A DNA stretch of 64,000 bases from Nannocystales bacterium (GTDB lineage Bacteria; Myxococcota_A; Polyangia; Nannocystales; Nannocystaceae): positions 192,001 through 256,000 of the forward strand of contig JBOEGF010000004.1 of assembly GCA_050633305.1 (NCBI GenBank). The letters are read 5' to 3'. The notes below the pieces were generated by a model. The model was not told the DNA's origin. It made no database searches and saw only the letters and a program-made list of their open reading frames with translations. The position numbers and the translations under genes were made by a program. Below, piece by piece: positions 19,879 to 28,180 of this stretch. Each line of letters opens with the position of its first letter. The stretch's first letter is position 1.

Positions 19879-21423
19879 GTGCCCATGACTCGCCTTGCTG
19901 CGGTTTTTCTTGGTCTTTGCGTCCTCGCGCCCTCGCTCGCCTCTGCGTCAGAGCGTCCCAGGATCCGCGAGGACGTCCCATGGGCGCTGCACCCCGGGGA
20001 TGATCTCGACAAGACACCGATGGAGCGGGCGTACGGAATCGACGAAGACGACCTCCCGCCCGTCGACTCATTCTGGGATGGCACGCTGCTGTACACGCGG
20101 GACAGCGCCGCGCGGGATACGCTCGCGCAGCAGGGCCTCCCGCCGCTACACGCGGTGGCCTACGACCCATCGCCGGGCGTCCTGTACGTCGCGATGCAGG
20201 GCATCACGCTCATCCCGACGTGCACCGGAGGTGACACGGCCAATGCAGCAAAACGCTGCAGCCCGCTCGTGGACGTGGAGACCTCGTTTCCCGCGGCCGG
20301 GAGCAGCCAGCAACAGGCCGCGCTCTTCAACCAACTCGCGGACTTCTACGAGCCCTTCGACCTGGTGCTGACCACCTCCGAGCCGCCAGACTGGATGCCG
20401 TACACGATGGCCGTCATCGGAGGCACCGCGGGGAACGCGGGGCAGCCGGGCGGGGTGTGCGGGGTGGCGAACGTGGCGTGCGATGGACTCAAGCGCAACC
20501 ACGTCTCGCTGACGTTCCCAGGCAGCTGCGGCGGGTCGGCCGAGACAGCCGCCCAGGAGACCGCCCACAACTGGGGCCTCGAGCACACCGACAACAACAA
20601 CGATCTGCTCTACCCGTTCAACAGCGGCGGCAACAAGTCGTTCGTCGATCAGTGCATGACGATCAGCCACGCCACTGGCGACGGGGTGACGCAATGCGAC
20701 TACATCCACGAGGAGTACTGCCCGTCGGGGGGCGGCGAGCAGCAGAACACCTACCAGGAACTGCTGGGGATCTTCGGACCACGCACGCCCGACAATCAGG
20801 CGCCGGAGATCGTCTCGATCTTCCCTGAGGATGGAGCCACGTTCACGACCGAGGACACGTTCACCCCCACGGCGCGGATCCAGGAGAACTCGAACTTCGT
20901 GGGCGTGAAGTGGTCGCTGGAGAGCGAGGAGACCGCGCTCTCTCGCTGCACGAACAACGTCTGTGATCAGCCGTTCAACCCGGGGGTCGGATTCGATCCG
21001 AACGAGATCGATTGGCAGTTCACCACCCTCACCACGCCTCCCGCAGGGGAGTACGTGTTGCGATTCGAGGTTCTCGACTCGTATGGGGGCTACGCCACCG
21101 AGACCATCACGGTCCACGTCGTGGAGGCCGAAGGCGGGTCGGGGGATCCGACGACCGAGGGGGGAAGTGAGACCGACGGCGACAGCGCGCCCGGGTCCGG
21201 CACCGGCGAGGCCGGCAGCGGAAGCGGGGGCTCGGTTGACGAGCCTACCGAGTCCAGCCCGGACGACGACGATGACGGCCCCGCGATGGAGACCGACGGT
21301 GTTGGCCTCGACGACGATGACCAAGACGGGTGCGCGTGCAACGTGCGTCAAAGCGAGGGACACGGCTTCTTGGCGCTGATGCTTCTCGGTTTGACGCTGC
21401 GGCGTCGCCGAACCGCTGGTTGA
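19879..21423 (+). CDS. Secreted zincin-like protein with Ig-like domain and MYXO-CTERM-type sorting tail
   Basis: Signal peptide; QETAHNWGLEH; acidic Gly/Ser linker; ends GCAC...FLALMLLGLTLRRRR. Confidence 0.75.
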   Translation: MPMTRLAAVFLGLCVLAPSLASASERPRIREDVPWALHPGDDLDKTPMERAYGIDEDDLPPVDSFWDGTLLYTRDSAARDTLAQQGLPPLHAVAYDPSPGVLYVAMQGITLIPTCTGGDTANAAKRCSPLVDVETSFPAAGSSQQQAALFNQLADFYEPFDLVLTTSEPPDWMPYTMAVIGGTAGNAGQPGGVCGVANVACDGLKRNHVSLTFPGSCGGSAETAAQETAHNWGLEHTDNNNDLLYPFNSGGNKSFVDQCMTISHATGDGVTQCDYIHEEYCPSGGGEQQNTYQELLGIFGPRTPDNQAPEIVSIFPEDGATFTTEDTFTPTARIQENSNFVGVKWSLESEETALSRCTNNVCDQPFNPGVGFDPNEIDWQFTTLTTPPAGEYVLRFEVLDSYGGYATETITVHVVEAEGGSGDPTTEGGSETDGDSAPGSGTGEAGSGSGGSVDEPTESSPDDDDDGPAMETDGVGLDDDDQDGCACNVRQSEGHGFLALMLLGLTLRRRRTAG

Positions 21424-21517
21424 GCGCATCGACGGCCGGTCCGGGCCCCGCTCGTCCCGCGGTAGGCCACATCGCCGAGTCCAGCCTGTGGGCCCGAGGT
21501 TTGCAACGTCTGCGAGT

Positions 21518-22282
21518 ATGCCTCTTGGTCCTCTCGTCACTCCGTGGCCCGTTGCGGAGGCGATCGCGCTGCGTTTGGCCCGTCATCAAGTCGGCTCGGT
21601 TCGAATCGACGCCGCGGCGAGCCGGAGTCGCATGATGCGTGTGCTCCCAGAGGCGGCGTTCTCCGGCGGCATCCGCATCGAGCTTGCCAACCCCGATGCC
21701 AAGGCCGACGCTGCGATCTCGATCGAGGACGTCTTGGACCCGGCCGGGTTGTGTCGACAACGACTCCTGCAGCGGGCGAAGAACGCCCGCGATCTCGTGG
21801 TCATGTGCGAGCCCCTGGAGCCGGGGCGGGGCGTCGGTGAAGCCATGCTCCGCTCGATCGACCCTGGAACCTCGATCCTGCGGTGTGACGAGGTTCCCGA
21901 TGGCATCGGCGGGACCCGGATGCGCACCGAGGTGGAGGCCCCGGCGGTCTGGTTCGTGGCCAGCGCGGCTGCGTGGCGGTTTGGCGAGGCTGCAGAGCCG
22001 ACGCGTGACGCGTTTCTTCGACGCCTGCCGAGGCTCCGGGCCGAGCAGATCATCATGGGGATCCGCAGGATCCTGGGGCGCTGGCCGTTCGCCTTTGAGT
22101 TGTTCGCGCTGTCCGCCGCCGAGTTGGCGCGCCGGGGCGATGGTGCGGGCGTGCAGCGGGTGCACGGAGAGTTGACGCTGCATCCCGATGCCCCGGTCTG
22201 GGTGCACGGCCGGGTGCGCGAGGCTCTGGTGAGCACGCATTCTTCCTCGGCGCTCCAACCTGCGGTCGCGACCGGTTCGTAA
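21518..22282 (+). CDS. Hypothetical protein
   Basis: Protein-like ORF filling the gap; no motif recognised. Confidence 0.5.
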   Translation: MPLGPLVTPWPVAEAIALRLARHQVGSVRIDAAASRSRMMRVLPEAAFSGGIRIELANPDAKADAAISIEDVLDPAGLCRQRLLQRAKNARDLVVMCEPLEPGRGVGEAMLRSIDPGTSILRCDEVPDGIGGTRMRTEVEAPAVWFVASAAAWRFGEAAEPTRDAFLRRLPRLRAEQIIMGIRRILGRWPFAFELFALSAAELARRGDGAGVQRVHGELTLHPDAPVWVHGRVREALVSTHSSSALQPAVATGS

Positions 22283-22369
22283 GGCTGCCCGGCTGCGACG
22301 GCCCAACCGGGGCGGGAACCCTGGTGGCTGCCGCTGTCCTGGCGCGCCTCGATGGGATCGCGTCGAAAC

Positions 22370-22410
22370 CGACGAAGGCGCCGACGGTGGACCGTGGCGC
22401 CTTCACGTCG
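22370..22410. terminator. Long GC hairpin between convergent genes (possible bidirectional terminator)
   Basis: CGACGAAGGCGCC-G-ACGG-TGGA-CCGT-GGCGCCTTCACGTCG; no U tract. Confidence 0.5.
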
Positions 22411-22422
22411 AGCGGGGTTGAT

Positions 22423-22950
22423 TCAGGCGACCTGGCGGACTTCCTGCGTCTTCGCCTGGGCATCCAACCGGGGGGACGCCTGGGTTTGGCGAAGCGTCAG
22501 CGGTGCCCCGACGAACTCACACCCGAGCCAGGTGCCCCCCGGACCGACGCATCGGACCTCGACCGCCAAGTCCACACGCTCGAGTCCTGGCCGGGTCTGC
22601 ACCACCAAGAGCAAGGAGGTCCCGACCACCACGCCGATCTCTTGGGTCAGACTCAGGCGAATGCCTCCGCCACCCAGGTCGACGACGGTGCACGGGGAGG
22701 AGCGAGCGCCAAAGCGAACGATGGCAGGCACCTGCGCGGCGAATCGGCGGAACTGCCGACGTTCGTCACTCTCCTGGTAGGCGTCCGGAGCATCAGAGCC
22801 GAGGAAGCGGCTGAGGTGATAGAACTCCGGATTGCTGTTTTTTGCCCCGGCATGGAGCAGCGTCTGGAAACGGACGACGGCGGTCAGGAAGCTGCGCTCC
22901 GAAGGGGTCACACGCTGCTCATCGGTACCGAGACGAGCCGGCTTGAGCAC
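22423..22950 (-). CDS. PilZ domain protein (candidate c-di-GMP effector)
   Basis: ERRQFRR (RxxxR) and VVDLGGGGIRL, then VRC...LGCEF. Confidence 0.8.
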   Translation of the reverse strand: MLKPARLGTDEQRVTPSERSFLTAVVRFQTLLHAGAKNSNPEFYHLSRFLGSDAPDAYQESDERRQFRRFAAQVPAIVRFGARSSPCTVVDLGGGGIRLSLTQEIGVVVGTSLLLVVQTRPGLERVDLAVEVRCVGPGGTWLGCEFVGAPLTLRQTQASPRLDAQAKTQEVRQVA

Positions 22951-22965
22951 TGCGCCGTCCCGGGA

Positions 22966-23400
22966 CTACCGGCGTGTGGTTCGGCCCAAAGCGACCCCGT
23001 GAACGACGAGCGCCGCCCAGCCGGCCATCAAACACAGCCCGCCGAGGGGGGTCACGGCGCCCAGGATTCGCGGGCCCCCGAGGACGATCGCATCGAGGGT
23101 GCCGGCGAAGACGACGATGCCCACCACGAACGCAATCGAGGCGACCCGCAACGCCTTGGAGAACCCGTCGCGGCCGAGCGCAGCGACGCCGAGCAGCACG
23201 GCTGCGTGGAGCTGCTGGTAGTGCGCCGCGGTCTTCCAGATCGCCAGGTCGGTCGCAGGGACCGCATCGCGCAAGGCGTGCGCACCGAAGGCTCCGGCCG
23301 CAACACCGAGCAAGCCCAGGACGGAGGCCGCCGCGACGACTCGTCCAGGCGTGACGGAACTCGTGGCGGAAACGGTGCCGGAGGTTGGGCTGGAGGTCAC
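22966..23400 (-). CDS. DUF423 (YgdD/TMEM256) membrane protein
   Basis: GAFGAHAL, WKTAAHYQQLHA and LGAVTPLGGLCLMAGW motifs. Confidence 0.92.
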   Translation of the reverse strand: MTSSPTSGTVSATSSVTPGRVVAAASVLGLLGVAAGAFGAHALRDAVPATDLAIWKTAAHYQQLHAAVLLGVAALGRDGFSKALRVASIAFVVGIVVFAGTLDAIVLGGPRILGAVTPLGGLCLMAGWAALVVHGVALGRTTRR

Positions 23401-24266
23401 GGGGCGCCTCCCTTGGCCAACGCTTGCCGACGCATCTCGAGCTGGTCCTCGAGCCAGCCGCGAAACACCTCCTCACGACCGTCGCGATAGGTGACGAGGT
23501 ACGGCGTCATGCTGACGAATGCATCGCTGGCGATCTCTTCGATGAACGCGTCGAGGTCGCTGATGTCCTTGCCCAACAGCTCCCACTTCTTGCGCAGCAT
23601 CTCGGAGAATTCGGGACCGGTGTACTCCTTGCGCTTGCCTTTGACCTTGCCCTTGGGCGTCTTGCGGGGCGGTGCGACGAAGACGAGGTCGCTTCGCTCC
23701 ACGATGGTCAGCGCATCGAGAATCCCGACCTCCCGGGTGCGGGAACCGGCGGTGTCTCGGGCGCTGTCATTGCCTTCGCCCGGCCCGGCGGAGTCGGCCA
23801 CCGCGGAATCGACAGGGGCCCGCCGCGCGACGTATTCCACCCCCTCGAGCTCGGTCAGCCGCTTGAGCATCCAGTCGGAAACGGGAAGCATGGTGCCGTC
23901 GGAAAGTCGGACGAGGTCGGGGGTCTTGGACCGGGCCCGACCCGCACCGATTCTGTCGATGAACTGCGTGGCCGTCACGATGCCGCCCGGCGTACGGGCC
24001 AAGCGGTGGTCGAGCTCGTCCGCGGCAGCGTTGGCGTCGCAGGTCTCGCCGTCTTGAACGAACTGGAGTCCGCTGTCCCGCACGGCCTGGATCAGCGCCC
24101 GGATCTTGCCCACCTCGGAGAGTGGGCCGTCGGCATTTTGAGCCGTTCGGGCGCTGCGGGCGGGTTCCTCGGCGCTCGAGATCCCGGTCGCGGAGGACTC
24201 GCATCCGCCGAGTAAGAGGCACGCGGCCAGCGCAGGTGCGCGCCAAGCGTTCGATCGAGCCGGCAT
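23397..24266 (-). CDS. Lipoprotein with two DUF5329-like repeats
   Basis: Lipobox LGGC; two similar units (IRALIQAVRDSGLQF...FIDRIG...P.LVR..DG...DW and LDALTIVERSDLVF...FIEEIAS...PYLVTYRDG...GW). Confidence 0.65.
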   Translation of the reverse strand: MPARSNAWRAPALAACLLLGGCESSATGISSAEEPARSARTAQNADGPLSEVGKIRALIQAVRDSGLQFVQDGETCDANAAADELDHRLARTPGGIVTATQFIDRIGAGRARSKTPDLVRLSDGTMLPVSDWMLKRLTELEGVEYVARRAPVDSAVADSAGPGEGNDSARDTAGSRTREVGILDALTIVERSDLVFVAPPRKTPKGKVKGKRKEYTGPEFSEMLRKKWELLGKDISDLDAFIEEIASDAFVSMTPYLVTYRDGREEVFRGWLEDQLEMRRQALAKGGAP

Positions 24267-24333
24267 CCGGCGGCCAAGGTAGCACCCGGCGGAGCAGTGG
24301 ACACCCCAAGCTTGTTGTACGTTGTTCGCCGCC

Positions 24334-25710
24334 GTGAGTTCCGAGCTCCCCGACCTGTTCGATGCGGCGGCCATGCAGGACCCTGAGGCCACGCCGCTGG
24401 CCGAACGCATGCGTCCGCGAACGCTCGAGGAGTACGTCGGGCAGGAGCATGTCGTGGGGCAGGGCAAGCTGCTCCGACGGGCCATCGAGGGCGACAGGAT
24501 TCCGTCGATGATCCTGTGGGGTCCCCCTGGAACCGGCAAAACCACTTTGGCGCAGATCGTCGCGCAGAGCACGGGGGCCGCGTTCGAGGTGCTCTCCGCG
24601 GTCAGCTCTGGGGTCAAGGACATCCGAGCCGTGATCGAACGGGCCAAGAGCCGGAGGCGTGGGGCCGGGCAGCGCACCGTCTTGTTCGTCGACGAGATTC
24701 ACCGTTTCAACAAGAGCCAGCAGGATGCGCTTCTGCCCCACGTCGAGGCCGGGGTGTGTCGGCTGATCGGGGCGACGACCGAGAACCCGAGCTTCGAGGT
24801 GAACGCCGCGCTGCTCAGTCGCGCTCGCGTGTTCGCGCTGCGACTGCTCGACCCCGCCTCGATTGCCTCGGTCTTGCAGCGCGCGCTGACGGACAAAAAA
24901 CGGGGGCTTGGCCTGCGGGGGCTGACCGCCGAGCCGCGCCTGCTCGAAGCGCTGGGACGTGCGGCGCAAGGGGATGCGAGACGCGCTCTGACGACGCTCG
25001 AGATGGCCGCGGATCTGGTGCCCGCGGACACCTCTGAGCTTCTGCCCGAGCACGTCGGCGAGGCCCTGGGAGGACGCGCGCTGCGTTACGACAAGGGCGG
25101 CGAGGAGCACTACAACGTCGTGTCGGCGTTCATCAAGAGCATGCGAGCCAGCGATGCGGACGCGTCGGTGTATTGGCTGGCGCGAATGCTCGAGTCCGGC
25201 GAGGACCTCATGTTCGTCGCCCGCCGCATCGTCATCTTTGCCTCCGAGGATGTCGGCAACGCGGATCCACAGGGGCTGGTGGTCGCCAGCGCCGCCGCTG
25301 AAGCGGCCCGGTTTGTGGGGCTCCCCGAGGCGGTCCTTCCCTTGTCCCAGGCGGCCCAGTACCTGGCGTTGGCACCCAAGAGCAACACGGCGCTGAAGGG
25401 ATACTTCGCCGCCCGCAAAGACGTGCGCAGGCACGGAGCGCTTCCCGTCCCGATGGCGGTCCGCAACGCCGTCACGCCGCTGATGAAGGAGACCGGGTAC
25501 GGAGCCGGCTACCGCTACCCGCATGACACGCAGGGCGGGGTCGACCCGGACCATCAGTCGTATCTGCCCGATGCGATCGCACACGGGCCCGAAGGCGTGC
25601 CGCAGTACGTTCATCCCGCGCGCGGCTGGGAGCGGTCCGCCCAGGTCGCCCTTCAGGCTGCTCGGGACGCCGCTGGCCGGGAGCGCAAGCCCGAGCCCGA
25701 TGGCGACTGA
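24334..25710 (+). CDS. rarA: Replication-associated recombination protein A (RarA/MgsA AAA+ ATPase)
   Basis: PLAERMRP, WGPPGTGKTT, FVDEIHRFNKSQQD, GATTENPSF, YDKGGEEHY and ASEDVGNADP motifs. Confidence 0.96.
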   Translation: MSSELPDLFDAAAMQDPEATPLAERMRPRTLEEYVGQEHVVGQGKLLRRAIEGDRIPSMILWGPPGTGKTTLAQIVAQSTGAAFEVLSAVSSGVKDIRAVIERAKSRRRGAGQRTVLFVDEIHRFNKSQQDALLPHVEAGVCRLIGATTENPSFEVNAALLSRARVFALRLLDPASIASVLQRALTDKKRGLGLRGLTAEPRLLEALGRAAQGDARRALTTLEMAADLVPADTSELLPEHVGEALGGRALRYDKGGEEHYNVVSAFIKSMRASDADASVYWLARMLESGEDLMFVARRIVIFASEDVGNADPQGLVVASAAAEAARFVGLPEAVLPLSQAAQYLALAPKSNTALKGYFAARKDVRRHGALPVPMAVRNAVTPLMKETGYGAGYRYPHDTQGGVDPDHQSYLPDAIAHGPEGVPQYVHPARGWERSAQVALQAARDAAGRERKPEPDGD

Positions 25711-25745
25711 GCTGGTCTCGGCTCGTGGCGGTGCTATGCCCCGCC

Positions 25746-26084
25746 ATGGCTTGGGCGACTCATTTCATTGAAGAACTGACGACGGGACGGACGGTTAAAT
25801 TCCGCCCTCGGGGGCACAGCATGCGCCCGAAGGTCAACGACGGAGACCTCGTCACCGTCGAGCCTCTCGCGGCGGACGTCGAGCTGGTCGTTGGAGACAT
25901 CGTGTTGTGCACGGTGCGCGGCTCGCAGTACCTCCACCTGATCAAGGCTCTCTCTCCGGGACGGGCGCAGATCGGCAACAACCGCGGCGGCATCAACGGC
26001 TGGGTTGGGCACGCCGCGATCCACGGACGCTGCACCGAGGTCCAACGCTCGGCGACCGCACGGGGCGGCACCCAGGACGCATAG
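25746..26084 (+). CDS. Small S24/S26 peptidase-like protein
   Basis: GHSMRP(K)VNDGDLV, VGDIVLC and YLHLIKA motifs; 112 aa. Confidence 0.7.
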   Translation: MAWATHFIEELTTGRTVKFRPRGHSMRPKVNDGDLVTVEPLAADVELVVGDIVLCTVRGSQYLHLIKALSPGRAQIGNNRGGINGWVGHAAIHGRCTEVQRSATARGGTQDA

Positions 26085-26109
26085 GCCAGCACCTGGTACG
26101 TTCCGCGCC

Positions 26110-26865
26110 GTGGTGCGCCTGAGCGTCAACGTCAACAAGATCGCGACCCTGCGAAACTCGCGGTCGGCCCAATCGGGGGATCGATCGACGGGCTACCCGA
26201 GTGTGGTGGAAGCCACCCGGGTCTGTGTCGAGGCCGGTGCGACGGGCATCACGGTGCATCCTCGGCCCGACGCGCGCCACATCACACTCACCGACGTCCG
26301 CGAGATTGCGGCCTTCCTCGCGCCGATGCGGGATCGCGTCGAGTACAACATCGAAGGTGACCCCCGGCCGGAGCTCATGGATCTGGTGTCGGAGGTCCGT
26401 CCGCACCAGGTCACGCTGGTCCCCGTGCGGCCCGGCGAGATCACGTCGCAGGCCGGCTGGGCCGTCGCTACGCCCGTGGAGCCGATGCGCGCACTGATCG
26501 AGCGCATGCACGCTTCTGGCGTGCGGGTGAGTGTGTTTGTCGACCCCCACCCAGCACCGATCGACTGGGCAGCCGACCTTGGCGCAGACCGGATCGAGTT
26601 GTTTACCGAGCCCTTCGCGCAGGCGTTCGCGCGCGGCGAGGCGGAAGGACGTGCGTCCTTCGAGACGTATGCCGCCGCCGCCGAGCATGCCCACGCACGA
26701 GGACTCGGCATCAATGCTGGGCACGACCTCGACGTGCACAACCTCCGGCTGTTCGGTGCGTTGCCCCACCTCGACGAAGTCTCGATCGGGCACGCGATCG
26801 TCGGAGACGCAGTGTTCGAAGGGCTCGCCCCGGTGGTCCGGCGCTACCTCGACGTGCTTCCGTGA
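26110..26865 (+). CDS. pdxJ: Pyridoxine 5'-phosphate synthase
   Basis: LSVNVNKIATLRNSR, GITVHPRPDARHI, NAGHDL and EVSIGHA motifs. Confidence 0.96.
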   Translation: MVRLSVNVNKIATLRNSRSAQSGDRSTGYPSVVEATRVCVEAGATGITVHPRPDARHITLTDVREIAAFLAPMRDRVEYNIEGDPRPELMDLVSEVRPHQVTLVPVRPGEITSQAGWAVATPVEPMRALIERMHASGVRVSVFVDPHPAPIDWAADLGADRIELFTEPFAQAFARGEAEGRASFETYAAAAEHAHARGLGINAGHDLDVHNLRLFGALPHLDEVSIGHAIVGDAVFEGLAPVVRRYLDVLP

Positions 26866-26891
26866 CGCAGCGCCGCCAGGGGCTTCGCTTC

Positions 26892-28049
26892 CTACCCGTG
26901 GGAGGGAAGGGGAGACGGCGCGGGCGCGGTGGAGACGACGCGGTCCTGCACGATTTGAAGCCATCGTGTGGAGACGAGGCTTCGGGTCAACGCGTTGCTG
27001 ACGTACAGGGAGGTTGGGCTTCCCGGCTGGGTCGTTGCCGGGTCGACGCACAAGCGCCCGTTCCAGCTCGGGTCTCCATAGACCAACGGACCGAGCAGCT
27101 CATGCCCCTTCTTCTCGGAGGTGAGGACGCCAGCGCCCGAGGACCCGTGACACACGAAGAGGTCAGTGGGGACCAAGTTGGCGGTTGGGTTCCCGAAGCG
27201 GCGGCGGGCGCCGCCCCCGTCCGCAGCCCCCCAGTTCTTCGACTTCAGGGGCAGCAGCGCGTTGGCGTCACCGCCGATGTAGTGGTGATTCGAGGTCTGG
27301 CTCCCCGGGGCTTTGGCGGTGTAGTGGTCGAAGCGGTTGATTGCGTCCGCATCTCCGTCGGGTCGTTCTGAGGGGATATTGAGGACCTCATGGGGCCAGT
27401 ACATGTCCACTGCGCCTTGGCCAGAGTCCGAGCTCGCGACCGGGATCCACGCTGCGTCGTCCGGGCGTCCTGGGCAGTGCACCAAAGCGATGTCGGCCAC
27501 CAACGAGCAGTCGTAGGGCTCGTGCTGTGAGGACGAATCGGCGCAGCGTTTGACGACCTCGCACTCGTACGTGTCGACCTCGTAACCCGGGAGACCATCG
27601 ATGGGATACACGCGCTCAATGTTGGGGAAGACGCCCTCGACCACCGAGCCGAAGGCGACCGACCACGGGCTTAGGTTCGAGATGTCGTACTGCTCCACGG
27701 TCGCCTCGGGTGGAGTTTCCTGCGACTGGTCAACACAGTGTCCCGCGGTGATGGCGTACCGCGGCGAGATGAAGGTGATCCCGCAAGAGGTCCGGAACGG
27801 GTCTCCGCCGGGGGTGTACAAGGCCGAGCCGCTGGAGTTTCGGATGGAGTCGAGGATGGCGCCCGTCGCCCCCGCCGCGACGGACGAGTCCTGGGCGAGA
27901 TCGAAGTGCGTGAAGAGTGCGTCCCACTGTGCTCGAAGCTCTGCGTCGTCCGCGAGTTCTTCGATGGGGTCGCCCCCAAGCTGCGGGTCGTCACACCCCG
28001 CGAGCGAGGAGAGGAGCACGAGGCCGAGGGTGGTGCATGATCGTTTCAT
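26892..28049 (-). CDS. Trypsin-like (S1) serine protease lipoprotein
   Basis: Lipobox LAGC; CGITFI..ITAGHC, DIAL and CHGSSGAG give an intact His/Asp/Ser triad. Confidence 0.8.
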   Translation of the reverse strand: MKRSCTTLGLVLLSSLAGCDDPQLGGDPIEELADDAELRAQWDALFTHFDLAQDSSVAAGATGAILDSIRNSSGSALYTPGGDPFRTSCGITFISPRYAITAGHCVDQSQETPPEATVEQYDISNLSPWSVAFGSVVEGVFPNIERVYPIDGLPGYEVDTYECEVVKRCADSSSQHEPYDCSLVADIALVHCPGRPDDAAWIPVASSDSGQGAVDMYWPHEVLNIPSERPDGDADAINRFDHYTAKAPGSQTSNHHYIGGDANALLPLKSKNWGAADGGGARRRFGNPTANLVPTDLFVCHGSSGAGVLTSEKKGHELLGPLVYGDPSWNGRLCVDPATTQPGSPTSLYVSNALTRSLVSTRWLQIVQDRVVSTAPAPSPLPSHG

Positions 28050-28180
28050 GGTGGAGCGAGGCAACCGACGTCGTGCGGTGCCGGCTCCGATAGACGACTG
28101 CGGAGGTCGTTCGATCACGGAAGAATCGGGAGGCCGCGCCCTTCTTCGGCTGGGGTCTTCGCCCGGGAAGCCCGAAGCGT

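Noticed and set aside
22324..23490. 388-aa plus-strand ORF
   Set aside because: Antisense to the well-supported PilZ and DUF423 genes.
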